Shown: positions 13,278 to 53,418, counted from the stretch's first letter. The stretch: DNA of 64,000 nt from Anolis carolinensis (GCF_035594765.1 NW_026943824.1:8016317-8080316); one strand, 5' to 3'. A program made the numbers and translations. Notes: a model not told the origin generated them from the sequence alone.

Positions 13278-13845
13278 GTAAAGGTAAAGGTTTCCCCTGA
13301 CGTTAAGTCCAGTTGTGTCCGAATCTGGGGGTTGGTGCTCATCTCCATTTCTAAGCTGAAGAGCTGGCATTGTCCGTAGACATGTGGCCAGCATAACTGC
13401 ATGGAACGCTGTTACACAGTGGCCTGCTTTGGTGTAAATCCAGCCAGGAAATAGAGTGGCTCCCAACCAGGAATGTAGGACATTGCTGGAGGGGGGTCCC
13501 TAGGAAATATCTACCCCTAAGAGATAGTAAGGTAAAGGTTTCCCCTGACGTTAAGTCCATTCATGTCTGACTCTGGGGGTTGGTGCTCATCTCCATTTCT
13601 AAGCTGAAGAGCCGGCGTTGTCTGTAGACACCTCCAAGGTCATGTGGCAGGGATGACTGCATGGAGTGCCGTTACCTTCCTGCCGGAGCGGTACCTATTG
13701 ATCTACTCACATTGGCATGTTTTTGAACTGCTAGGTTGGCAGAAGCTGGAGCTAACAGCCTCTCACGCCGCTCCTGGGGTTTGAACCTGGGACCTTTCGG
13801 TCTCCAGCTCAGCACTTTAACGCACTTCGCCACCGGGGCTCCTCA
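13278..13845. mobile_element. Two tandem Sauria SINEs (one truncated, one near full length)
   Basis: Repeated start aaggtaaaggtttcccctgacgttaagtcc followed by the typical SINE body. Confidence 0.8.
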
Positions 13846-14073
13846 GAGATATCTGTAGGCAAAACATCAGGGAAAAAATGCTGCTAAGACAGGGGCCATA
13901 CAGCCCAGAAACCACACAACACTCAAGTGATTTTGGGTGTGAAAGCCTTGGACAATACATTAAATGGAGGGGTCTACAAAGCCCAGCAGGCCTCTGCTGG
14001 GGAGTGTGTGTGTGTGTGTGTGTGGGGGGGGGGGGGGGTCCTTTCAGCCAGATGTGTTCCCTGCCTCCTCCCC

Positions 14074-14152
14074 ATTGGCTCCTGTCCTCCACTAGGGAGG
14101 AGGTGTGTCCAGGGAGGGAGGGGTGTGGCCAGGCTCCCCTTCACCCATAAAA
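14074..14152 (+). promoter_or_regulatory. Globin proximal promoter: inverted CCAAT (14074-14078), inverted KLF1 site GGGTGTGG (14121-14128), TATA-like CATAAAA (14146-14152)
   Basis: Classical globin promoter elements about 50-130 bp upstream of the ATG at 14204. Confidence 0.75.
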
Positions 14153-14203
14153 GGGGCTCTCGGCCCTAGAGGTCCACCAGAGGAGTCTTTGCCAGGCTGC
14201 AGG

Positions 14204-15359
14204 ATGCTGACTGAGGACGACAAGAACCACATCCGGGCCATCTGGGGCCATGTGAGCAGCAACCCAGAGCTCTATGGGGCCGAGGCCCTGACCAGGTAAG
14301 AGGAGGCCCCCATTTCTCTCTACATCAGGGTCTGCAAGGTATTGGGGTCTTTCTTGCCTACTAATGGAGGTTTCCCCTTCTCCTTGTCCTCAGGCTCTTT
14401 GCTGCGCACCACACCACCAAGACCTACTTCCCGCACTATGACATGAGTCCTGGCTCGGCGCAGATAAAGGCGCATGGCAAGAAGGTGGTGGAGGCCATCA
14501 CGCAGGCTGTCAACAACCTGGACGACATTGCCGGTGCCCTTGCCAAGCTGGCCGACCTCCATGCCGAGAAGCTCCGTGTTGACCCTGTCAACTTCCCGGT
14601 GAGTAGCAACAGGAGGGGAAGGTGGGGGTTGGATGGGGTCCCCCAAGGGCCATGCAGCCCAACCCTTCTGCCAGGCAGGAGGACAACATCCAAGCCCCCT
14701 CCGCAAGTGGTCAAAAAGCTTCCAGAGTCCATCACACTGCTGAACAGCTCTTCTTACCCGTCAGGAAGTTCTTCCCCATGTTGGGGTGGATTTTTTTCTT
14801 TCTCTAATTCAAATCCATTGCTCTCTAGTGTCCTCCTTTCCAAACCAGCAGGACACAAACTTTCTCTGTTCCTCCTCAATGGGACATCCTTTCAGATAGC
14901 TTTCAACAGTGAAACTCTCTGCCCCGGAGTGTGATGGAAGCTCCTTCCTTGGAAAGTTTTAAACAGAGCCTGGATGGCTATCTGTCAGAGATATTGTGTT
15001 TTTCCTGTATGGCAAAGGGGTTTGACTAGATAGCCCATGTGGTCTCTTAAGCGGCTGAGGGGGGGAAAGGAAGGGGCCTGAGGCTGTTAGGGATGGTGGG
15101 AGTTAAAGTCCAAAATACCTGGAAGGCCCAAGTTCCCCATGCCTGCCCTGTGGGCTCGTGTTCATCTCTTGCTCTGCTCAGACACCCTCCCCTCCTTCCT
15201 GACCCCTATCTCCCCTTCTCCCTCTTACAGCTCCTGGGCCACTGCCTCCTGGTGACCATCGCCGCCCACAACCGGGGTCCCTTGAAGCCAGAGTTCATCC
15301 TCGCCCTCGACAAGTGTTTCACCAGCATCGGCAGGGTCCTGATCGCCCAGTACCGCTAA
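14204..15359 (+). CDS. HBA: Hemoglobin subunit alpha, squamate alpha-A/alpha-1 type, 141 aa. Exons 14204-14295, 14394-14598, 15231-15359
   Basis: Canonical 3-exon globin structure (92/205/129 nt). Protein [17 protein letters not shown]...KTYFPH...KAHGKKV...[14 protein letters not shown]...QYR retains Trp14, Phe43, distal His58, proximal His87 and Tyr140-Arg141, and resembles the recalled iguana alpha-1 chain. Confidence 0.96.
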
Positions 15360-15428
15360 AGACGAAGACCCCCATCCCCGGCAGAGAGAGGGCCCCCTCC
15401 GGCCCACAAAGCCTCACAAAGAGAACCT

Positions 15429-15434
15429 AATAAA
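15429..15434 (+). terminator. Alpha-globin poly(A) signal
   Basis: AATAAA about 70 nt after the stop, followed by a U/GU-rich tract. Confidence 0.85.
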
Positions 15435-15798
15435 GAAAACCCTTGACTTCTGATGCACTTTGACTTTTGGCTGGTTTCTTTTGCGAGATGGGAGGAAGCT
15501 GCCTCGAAGGGCATGGGCATGGGCTACTGCAAATCAAATCAAAGGGTGAGGGAGTGGATAAAGTGCAGGACAGAATGTTATCTGGCTAACTGGGAACTGG
15601 GCCTGGGGACTAATCATTCTGGGTAACTTGTTGGAACATCCAGGTTTTCAAATCCCTGTGAAAGGAGGGCAATGTGGGGGCCTGCCTAATCTCCTTGGGG
15701 AGGCAAGTGTGAGTTTTGCAATTGGCCATCTTGATTAGCACAATGGCCTTGCAGCTTCAATGGCTATTCAATGCTAATATTGAATATTTTGAATGGTT

Positions 15799-16320
15799 AA
15801 GGTAAAGGCTTTCCCCTGACATTAAGTTCAGTCATGTCCGACTCTGGGGGTTGGTGCTCATCTCCATTTCTAAGCCAAAGAGCTGGCGTTGTCCACAGAC
15901 ACCTCCAAGGTCATGTGGCCATAGGCATGACTGCATGGAGTGCTGTTATCTTCCCTCCGGAGCGATGCCTATTGATCTACACACATGTGTTGTCGAAGGC
16001 TTTCATGGCCAGGATCACAGGGTTGTTGTATGTCTTTCGGGCTGTGTGGCTATGTTCCAGAAGTATTCTCTCCTGACGTTTCGCCCACATCTATGGTAGG
16101 CAACCTCTGAGGATGCCTGCCATAGATGTGGGCGAAACGTCAGGAGAGAATACTTCTGGAACATGGCCACACAGCCCGAAAGACATACAACAACCCTCTG
16201 ATCTACACACATTTGCATGTTTTTGAAATGCTAGGTGGCAGTTAGCTGGAGCTAACAGCGGGAGCTCACCCGCTCTCCGGATTTGAACCGCCGACCTTTT
16301 GGTCAGCAAGTTCAGCAGCT
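15799..16320. mobile_element. Sauria SINE interrupted by a palindromic Penelope-like terminal fragment (15987-16198)
   Basis: The SINE body resumes after a 14-bp duplication TGATCTACACACAT (15973-15986 and 16199-16212). The insert contains a near-perfect inverted repeat at 16019-16197. Confidence 0.75.
16104..16144 (+). ncRNA. Minimal type I hammerhead ribozyme motif (Penelope-like element type)
   Basis: CCU-CUGAGGA-U-GCCUGC-cauagau-GUGGGC-GAAAC-GUC^AGG: intact CUGANGA/GAAA core, 6-bp stem II, 3-bp stem I and a GUC cleavage triplet. Confidence 0.65.
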
Positions 16321-17108
16321 CAGACACAACATGACTTAATTTCAAGGGGTAAACCTTTACCTTTTTTTTAGTCATTGAGGACTGGAAACTTGATGACACA
16401 AGAGACTTGTGCAGTACAGGGATGAAACCCAACCCAACAGACCTCACAACCTCTGAGGATGCTGGCCATAGAAACGTCAGGAGGGAATGCTTTTCGAAGC
16501 ATGGCCAGACAGCCTGGAAAAACGCACAGCAACCCAGTGATAATAATAATAATAACTACAACAATAATATTATTATTCAGGACTTGGGGCGGCTCACATG
16601 GAGACAAGCCCAACAAAAGAAGTTAAAACACAGAACAATCAATTAAAACATTATAACTACATAAAACAATAAAAACATACCAGAATGTGTGAAGCAGCTG
16701 TTCAGCAGTGGAACTCTCTGCCCCGGAGTGTGATGGAGGCTCCTTCTTTGGAGGCTTTTAAGCAGAAGGTGGATGGCCATCTGTCAGGGGTGCTTTGAAT
16801 GACATTTTCTGCTTCGGCAGGGGGTTGGATTGGATGGCCCATGAGGCCATCTCTATGATTCTATGACTCTATGAATAAAAACCAATTCTATGATTCTATG
16901 ACTCTATGAATAAAAACCATGGCAATAATAATAACTAAACGTCCAGAGAGTAAAATAGTGTAGAACTCTGAAATTCTGAAGGCTTGGACAACAACAAGTG
17001 TTTTGGACTCAGTCTCCCAGAATGCCTGCTCATTGGACGCAAGCGGTGGGGGCTTCTGGGAGTTGGAGTCCAAAACACTTGTAGCGCGAAGGCCTCCCTC
17101 AGAGCTAG

Positions 17109-30336
<13,228 letters not shown>

Positions 30337-30917
30337 GGGGAGCTGCGTGGAGCTGTGGTTGAACTGGGGGGTCTCCGTGCCTGCCTGCCCCGATGCCTGA
30401 CTGGGGGGGAGGAGGGAGTTTCCAAATCTGCCCCATGGGCTCTGCATCATTGCCTCCTGCATGCTCTGTGTTACTATGGGTCAAGGCTGACCAGGTGCTT
30501 GCCCTCCCGCCTTCTGCTGCCTCTCTGGGGGAACAATTTTGGAGGTAGGGATTGTCAGTGAAATTAGGTCCATTGGCCTGATGGTTTTGCATGATTGCTT
30601 TGTGAGCTGCATGAAAGGCATGGGGAGCATTAGCACCCACATCTTTGGTTGCTTTCTTTGAGGTGGGGAGGGCATGGGGTCCTTGCCACCTGAGGAATGT
30701 CTTGTTGCGCATGCAAAGGAGTCTCTCCACTGTAAGTTTGACTATGTGGAACTAGAGAGATCCCGCCAGAGGAAGGGAAGACCTGACCTGGCTGGAGATC
30801 TCTCTCTCCCTCCCTCCCTCCCTCTCTTTTAATGGCTATTATCCCTTTGGGGAAAGGGCTCATCCTGCCCTTAAAGAGGATCCTGACAGCCCCTTCCCGC
30901 ATTGTGTTCTCTTGAAG

Positions 30918-32260
30918 GAATGCGCACCACCCAGCTGTGACCCTGCAGAGCAATGCCAGTGGCCGAGGGCTCCCCCCAGCCCTTTCTGGGGGCTCCTCCA
31001 CCAACACAGCGGCCTCCTCCGCCCCCTCCTCCCCTTCAATGCCCTCTGAGCCCAGCAGCCAGCCCTCCTCCTCCTCCTCTTCACCAGAAGTAGCCGTTTC
31101 CCCAGGAGCCCCGAACACGACTGCCAAGGAGCCCAGAGTCACAGCCCCTCTGCACCCAGGGATGGCGAGACCCGTACTCCAGGCAGTCGCTCCCCACAGA
31201 CCCCAGCTGGCCTTCCAGGCTGCCACCCTTCCCAGTCACGGTGGCCATGGCTCAGGGGCCCTTCCTAAATGCCCCAGAGGCACTCCCCACCTGGAAGGAT
31301 CTGCCAAGAGGACAGAGAAGCACCTGGAACTGAGGACAGAAGAGGGAGACCTGAAGAGGTAAGAAAGGGGCAGGGGCAGGGAAGGCCTCTCTGTTAAAGG
31401 CCAACTGTGACCGCATTGGAAAAGAGGAGGCAGGGAGGGGGTGCAGCCTGTGCTTGAGGGCCTTTCCTGCCTCTGGCCAAAGTGGGTCTGAATCTCTCCT
31501 GTTAGCAGCCCAGTGCCCCTTCAGGCAAAGTTTATAGCCCTGGATTGCCCTCTCCTCACTGGTAGGTGAATGGGTTGGGATAAGGAAAAGGATTGGGGGG
31601 CCTCTCCCTCTTCAATGGTAGCTGTTCACCGACAAGACCTACTGAGCCATTAATGGAAGCAGTGGTAGGCCCTGACTCTGTGGGTGATATTGGGGTAAGA
31701 GGTGGTGATGCTTCACCTCCCCTGGGCCCCTTCCAATGTTAGCTAAGGAACAGTGTAGTGATAGAAGCCCCTGCTCTGGTCAAGGCAATGCAGAGGGTAA
31801 AGAGTCCCTCTCCCCCCCGCCCCCACCAACCTGCCTTCTTTCCCCCAAAAGGGGCCTTGTGACCCGGAAAGAGTTCCTGGCGGTGGAGCAGGAGCTGGCG
31901 GAGGTGCGAGAGGAGCTGCGGTGCCTGCGCTGGAAAGTGCGCCATGTCGGGGAGGCAGGCCAGCTGCAACCGCAGCAACCACAGGCACCCTGTTTGGAGG
32001 AAAGCAAGCGCTACAACGGCCACACGCTGCGGGAGCTGAGGGCCATGGTCCGGTCAGAGGGGGACCCCCATAGGGCCGCCCACAAAGTCCTCCTGGCCCT
32101 ATTCAGCGACGCCTGCCTGCGTCAGACGCCCCATAACCAGCACTGGAGCCCCAACACCCGGCCTAGCCCCCGGCCTGACCCAGGGGAACTCTATGCGGTC
32201 TACTGCCACCTGCTCCGGAGCGCCTTCTCCAGCCCCAAAGAGAGGGCCCAGTCTTTCTAG
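30918..32260 (+). CDS. Two putative extra GSG1L coding exons (30918-31358, 31852-32260): Ser/Pro-rich linker, coiled coil and BEN-domain-like segment
   Basis: Good acceptors and donor (tcttgaag|, ag|gtaaga, cttctttcccccaaaag|), phase 2 at every junction and open frames throughout. The joined CDS is 1878 nt (625 aa). Confidence 0.6.
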
Positions 32261-33494
32261 AGCTTCTCTGCCTGCCCCACAGATGAACAAAGCACGGGCT
32301 CCCTCTCCAGACTGGGTTGCCCACTGCAGCCTTTTGTAGGGAACAGCCCCCACCAAATACAGCACTGTTGTCTTTGTCTTTCTACATTTCATCTTGGTGT
32401 TTGGTCTGTTGGGAGAGAGCCTGGCCTTCTGCGCATCCTCCCTTGCCACGCCCAGTTGCCTGGTGCTGCATTGCCTAGGGGCCAGTTCAGGAGAAGGCAG
32501 TGCTCCTTCGCTGCAGAGGCACATGGCAAGGCCGGCCGGTCCCCAGTTCTCCTTGCCTTTAGAGCACCCTGGCATAGTCTCAATGCAATCCCTTACCCTG
32601 GAAAGTCATTCACTTTCTGCTTGTTGGTGTGCGGTTTCATGGGGAGAAGGAGGAAGAATACTCTGTGCGAGAGTGGAGAGCCATCCTTCCCTTTCCTTGA
32701 CAGCTCTGCCTGGGAGAAAAATTTGGAGAACAGTGGCGGCTGCTCTCTTCCCCCCCCCCCCATATTACCTTGCTGCAGATGGGGATATCAGCATGAGCCA
32801 TTACCTTGCCTCCTTCTGCCAGTCCAGTGCTCCCTTCCCAGAGATGGGAAGGAAGGGTGAGGAGCCAATTGGTGCCCCACTTTCATTTGCTTATGCCCCC
32901 ATTTCTCTCTTTTCCCCTCTCTCTGAGCAGAGAGGGAGGCTGACTGTCCCTCAGCATTATTGCTGCTGCCGCTGGTCCTTCACTGTGGGAATCAAGGGAT
33001 CCTGGTGGGCAGATCCAACAGCAGCTCACCATTTACCTTTTCACAGTCCCTTCTGCAGCCTTTGCAAGGGAGCACTGCTTATGCCAAGGCCTGACCATAG
33101 CCCTGCAGGTGACCTCCCCCTTGGCCTGAGCAAAGATGCCTCAGAAATCAAAGAAAGAGGGTGGTGGGAGGCAGGGCCGGGTGCCATCTGGACCAGGAAG
33201 AGCCTTCATCCTCTCTTTCCAATCAGATTAAGTGCCATGAACGCAGGCAGCTGGGCTCCGATCGCTCCCCTTGCCCTTCTCTCTAAATCTGCTTGAAGGG
33301 GGGGGGGGGGGGAGGATGAAAAGAGGGCTTTTACCAGCTGAAGCACTTTTCTGTCCCTCTCCATGGTCTTCCAGGGAGGAGGGAGCAGCTGCAGAGCCTG
33401 CTAGGAAGGCACCCGAGAGGAGCAGGAGCCAGGGGCAAAGGGCTGCAGCCCAACAGACATTCCACATTTGGCACTCGCTTTGTTCAGGGCAGAC

Positions 33495-33500
33495 TTTATT
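33495..33500 (-). terminator. Candidate KATNIP poly(A) signal
   Basis: TTTATT on + (AATAAA on -) about 390 nt past the stop. Confidence 0.65.
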
Positions 33501-33885
33501 GGAGGCACCCACAAACACCCTGACAAACACACAGGGAGGGAGTGCCACTTCCTCGCTGGCTGTGGTGCCGGCTTCCCCTTTCCTCTGCAGCCTATGGCTT
33601 AGGGGCAGGGGGCCTTAGCAGGAGCCTAGCCCTACAGTTGCCCCCATATTGTTGGGCTTCGAGGCAGAGGTAAGCAGGGCTCTGGTTGGCAAAGGGATTT
33701 AATGGCACTGCAGCTGAGGAGGGGCCTGGTTCTGGCTGCCTCTCCTCTTCCTCCCAACCCACCTGCTGCAAAGAGTTCTGTCCTTCAGTCTCTTACTGGG
33801 CAGCTCACTGACGCTTCTCTCTCCATTCAAGGCTGGGACCAGTGGGACGGACAGACCCTCCTCGAGAGCACTGCTTCTCTTCCCC

Positions 33886-49429
<15,544 letters not shown>

Positions 49430-49766
49430 GGCCCCGGATTGCACCTGAAGCAGAGAACCAAGGCAAAAACACAAGCAGCTCAGCAATACTGGAGGAGTGT
49501 GAGGCAAGTCGAGGGCAGGCAGCATCTCCCAATGAGTCCAGCTGAGCATGTTCTTTGACGTCATTCTCTAGGAGTTCAGCTGATGTATTATCTCGTGTTC
49601 TCTTAGCATTTAGGCATCCCCCCATTAGACTGACATATAATGCAATCTGAACTCGGTTGCATGAGTCTACACTAGGCATGGGCCAACTCGGATCCTCCCT
49701 CCAGGTGTTTTGGACTTCAACTCCCACCATTCCTAACAGCCTCTGGTCCTTTACTTTTGCTTAAGC

Positions 49767-52700
49767 GGCTGAGGGGGGAAAGGAAGGGGTCTGGGGTTGT
49801 TAGGAATGGTGGGAGTTGAAATCCAAAACACCTGGAGGGCTGAGGGGGGAAAGAAAGGGGTCTGAGGTTGTTAGGAATGGTGGGAGTTGAAATCCAAAAC
49901 ACCTGGAGGGCTGAGGGAGGAAAGAAAGGGGTCTGGGGTTGTTAGGAATGGTGGGAGTTGAAATCCAAAACACCTGGAGGGCTGAGGGGGGAAAGAAAGG
50001 GGTCTGGGGTTGTTAGGAATGGTGGGAGTTGAAATCCAAAACACCTGGAGGGCTGAGGGGGGGGGAAAGAAAGGGGTCTGGGGTTGTTAGGAATGGTGGG
50101 AGTTGAAATCCAAAACACCTGGAGGGCTGAGGGGGGGAAGAAAGGGGTCTGGGGTTGTTAGGAATGGTGGGAGTTGAAATCCAAAACACTTGGAGGGCTG
50201 AGGGGGGGGGGGGGGAAGAAAGGGGTCTGGGGGTGTTAGGAATGGTGGGAGTTGAAATCCAAAACACCTGGAGGGCTGAGGGGGGGAAGAAAGGGGTCTG
50301 GGGTTGTTAGGAATGGTGGGAGTTGAAATCCAAAACACTTGGAGGGCTGAGGGGGGGGGGGGGGAAGAAAGGGGTCTGGGGTTGTTAGGAATGGTGGGAG
50401 TTGAAATCCAAAACACCTGGAGGGCTGAGGGGGGGAAGAAAGGGGTCTGAGGTTGTTAGGAATGGTGGGAGTTGGAGTCCAAAACACCTGGAGGGCTGAG
50501 GGGGGAAAGAAAGGGGTCTGGGGTTGTTAGGAATGGTGGGAGTTGGAGTCCAAAACACCTGGAGGGCTGAGGGGGGAAAGAAAGGGGTCTGGGGTTGTTA
50601 GGAATGGTGGGAGTTGAAATCCAAAACACCTGGAGGGCTGAGGGGGGAAAGAAAGGGGTCTGGGGTTGTTAGGAATGGTGGGAGTTGGAGTCCAAAACAC
50701 CTGGAGGGCTGAGGGGGGGAAGAAAGGGGTCTGGGGTTGTTAGGAATGGTGGGAGTTGAAATCCAAAACACCTTGAGGGCCGAGGGGGGGAAGAAAGGGG
50801 TCTGGGGTTGTTAGGAATGGTGGGAGTTGAAATCCAAAACACCTGGAGGGCTGAGGGGGGGGGAAGAAAGGGGTCTGGGGTTGTTAGGAATGGTGGGAGT
50901 TGAAATCCAAAACACCTGGAGGGCTGAGGGGGGGAAGAAAGGGGTCTGAGGTTGTTAGGAATGGTGGGAGTTGGAGTCCAAAACACCTGGAGGGCTGAGG
51001 GGGGAAAGAAAGGGGTCTGGGGTTGTTAGGAATGGTGGGAGTTGAAATCCAAAACACCTGGAGGGCTGAGGGGGGGAAGAAAGGGGTCTGAGGTTGTTAG
51101 GAATGGTGGGAGTTGAAATCCAAAACACCTGGAGGGCTGAGGGGGGGAAGAAAGGGGTCTGAGGTTGTTAGGAATGGTGGGAGTTGAAATCCAAAACACC
51201 TGGAGGGCTGAGGGGGGGAAGAAAGGGGTCTGAGGTTGTTAGGAATGGTGGGAGTTGAAATCCAAAACACCTGGAGGGCTGAGGGGGGGAAGAGAGGGGT
51301 CTGGGGTTGTTAGGAATGGTGGGAGTTGAAATCCAAAACACCTGGAGGGCTGAGGGGGGGAAGAGAGGGGTCTGGGGTTGTTAGGAATGGTGGGAGTTGA
51401 AATCCAAAACACCTGGAGGGCTGAGGGGGGGAAGAGAGGGGTCTGGGGTTGTTAGGAATGGTGGGAGTTGAAATCCAAAACACCTGGAGGGCTGAGGGGG
51501 GGAAGAAAGGGGTCTGAGGTTGTTAGGAATGGTGGGAGTTGAAATCCAAAACACCTGGAGGGCTGAGGGGGGGAAGAGAGGGGTCTGGGGTTGTTAGGAA
51601 TGGTGGGAGTTGAAATCCAAAACACCTGGAGGGCTGAGGGGGGGAAGAGAGGGGTCTGGGGTTGTTAGGAATGGTGGGAGTTGAAATCCAAAACACCTGG
51701 AGGGCTGAGGGGGGGAAGAAAGGGGTCTGAGGTTGTTAGGAATGGTGGGAGTTGAAATCCAAAACACCTGGAGGGCTGAGGGGGGGAAGAGAGGGGTCTG
51801 GGGTTGTTAGGAATGGTGGGAGTTGAAATCCAAAACACCTGGAGGGCTGAGGGGGGGAAGAAAGGGGTCTGGGGTTGTTAGGAATGGTGGGAGTTGAAAT
51901 CCAAAACACCTGGAGGGCTGAGGGGGGAAAGAAAGGGGTCTCGGGTTGTTAGGAATGGTGGGAGTTGAAATCCAAAACACCTGGAGGGCTGAGGGGGGGA
52001 AGAAAGGGGTCTGAGGTTGTTAGGAATGGTGGGAGTTGAAATCCAAAACACCTGGAGGGCTGAGGGGGGGAAGAAAGGGGTCTGAGGTTGTTAGGAATGG
52101 TGGGAGTTGAAATCCAAAACACCTGGAGGGCTGAGGGGGGGGAAGAAAGGGGTCTGAGGTTGTTAGGAATGGTGGGAGTTGAAATCCAAAACACCTGGAG
52201 GGCTGAGGGGGGAAAGAAAGGGGTCTGGGGTTGTTAGGAATGGTGGGAGTTGAAATCCAAAACACCTGGAGGGCTGAGGGGGGGAAGAAAGGGGTCTGAG
52301 GTTGTTAGGAATGGTGGGAGTTGAAATCCAAAACACCTGGAGGGCTGAGGGGGGGAAGAAAGGGGTCTGAGGTTGTTAGGAATGGTGGGAGTTGAAATCC
52401 AAAACACCTGGAGGGCTGAGGGGGGGAAGAAAGGGGTCTGAGGTTGTTAGGAATGGTGGGAGTTGAAATCCAAAACACCTGGAGGGCTGAGGGGGGGAAG
52501 AAAGGGGTCTGGGGTTGTTAGGAATGGTGGGAGTTGAAATCCAAAACACCTGGAGGGCTGAGGGGGGGAAGAAAGGGGTCTGGGGTTGTTAGGAATGGTG
52601 GGAGTTGGAGTCCAAAACACCTGGAGGGCTGAGGGGGGGAAGAAAGGGGTCTGGGGTTGTTAGGAATGGTGGGAGTTGAAATCCAAAACACCTGGAGGGC

Positions 52701-53124
52701 TGAGGGGGGGAAGAAAGGGGTCTGGGGTTGTTAGGAATGGTGGGAGTTGAAATCCAAAACACCTGGAGGGCTGAGGGGGGGAAGAAAGGGGTCTGGGGTT
52801 GTTAGGAATGGTGGGAGTTGAAATCCAAAACACCTGGAGGGCTGAGGGGGGGAAGAGAGGGGTCTGGGGTTGTTAGGAATGGTGGGAGTTGAAGTCCAAA
52901 ACACCTGGAGGGCTGAGGGGGGGAAGAAAGGGGTCTGGGGTTGTTAGGAATGGTGGGAGTTGAAATCCAAAACACCTGGAGGGCTGAGGAGGAAAAGAAA
53001 GGGGTCTGAAGTTGTTAGGAATGGTGGGAGTTGAAGTCCAAAACACCTGGAGGGCTGAGGGGGGAAAGAAAGGGGTCTGAGGTTGTTAGGAATGGTGGGA
53101 GTTGAAATCCAAAACACCTGGAGG
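49767..53124. repeat. Tandem array of about 47 copies of a ~71-bp G-rich unit derived from a palindromic MITE arm
   Basis: Unit GGGCTGAG(G)nAAGAAAGGGGTCTG(G/A)GGTTGTTAGGAATGGTGGGAGTTGAAATCCAAAACACCTGGA, enclosed by MITE ends at 49673 and about 53149. Confidence 0.97.
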
Positions 53125-53167
53125 GAGGGCCCAAGTTGGCCAGTGCCCGGTGTGTGTGTATATATAC

Positions 53168-53418
53168 CGAGCCAGGCGGCGCTCCGAGTCCCCGGCCCAG
53201 CCAGGCTCCGCGGCGAGGCTCAAGAGGCCTCCTCCTTGTTCTTCAGGCCCGCCTGTTGGGCCGTTGCTATGGCGACGCGAGGAGGTCCGGGAGAGAGCGC
53301 AGACAAGGGACGTCACTTCCGATGCGCCGTGCGCTGCCTATTGGCGGAGCGGAGTCCCCCCCTCCCCCCGGCGCTCCGCTTTCCGGCCGCGCCTGTGCAG
53401 TGGGCGCCGGCAGCAGCC
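53168..53418. promoter_or_regulatory. CpG-island bidirectional promoter of KATNIP and GTF3C1
   Basis: CpG-rich; RFX X-box GTTGCTATGGCGAC (53263-53276); CRE/ETS composite GACGTCACTTCCG (53309-53321); inverted CCAAT (53340-53344); candidate minus-strand donor for a non-coding KATNIP exon 1 at 53167. Confidence 0.75.

Noticed and set aside
16070-16112. Mirror hammerhead on the minus strand of the Penelope palindrome
   Set aside because: The core reads CAGAGGU rather than CUGANGA.
32394-33296. 300-aa ORF downstream of GSG1L
   Set aside because: Non-ATG start, random-like composition and it crosses a poly-C run. Probably UTR or intergenic.
49767-53124. Regular array resembling a CRISPR locus, and the Pro-rich ORFs inside it
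   Set aside because: There are no unique spacers or cas genes and the context is vertebrate. The ORFs are translations of the tandem unit.
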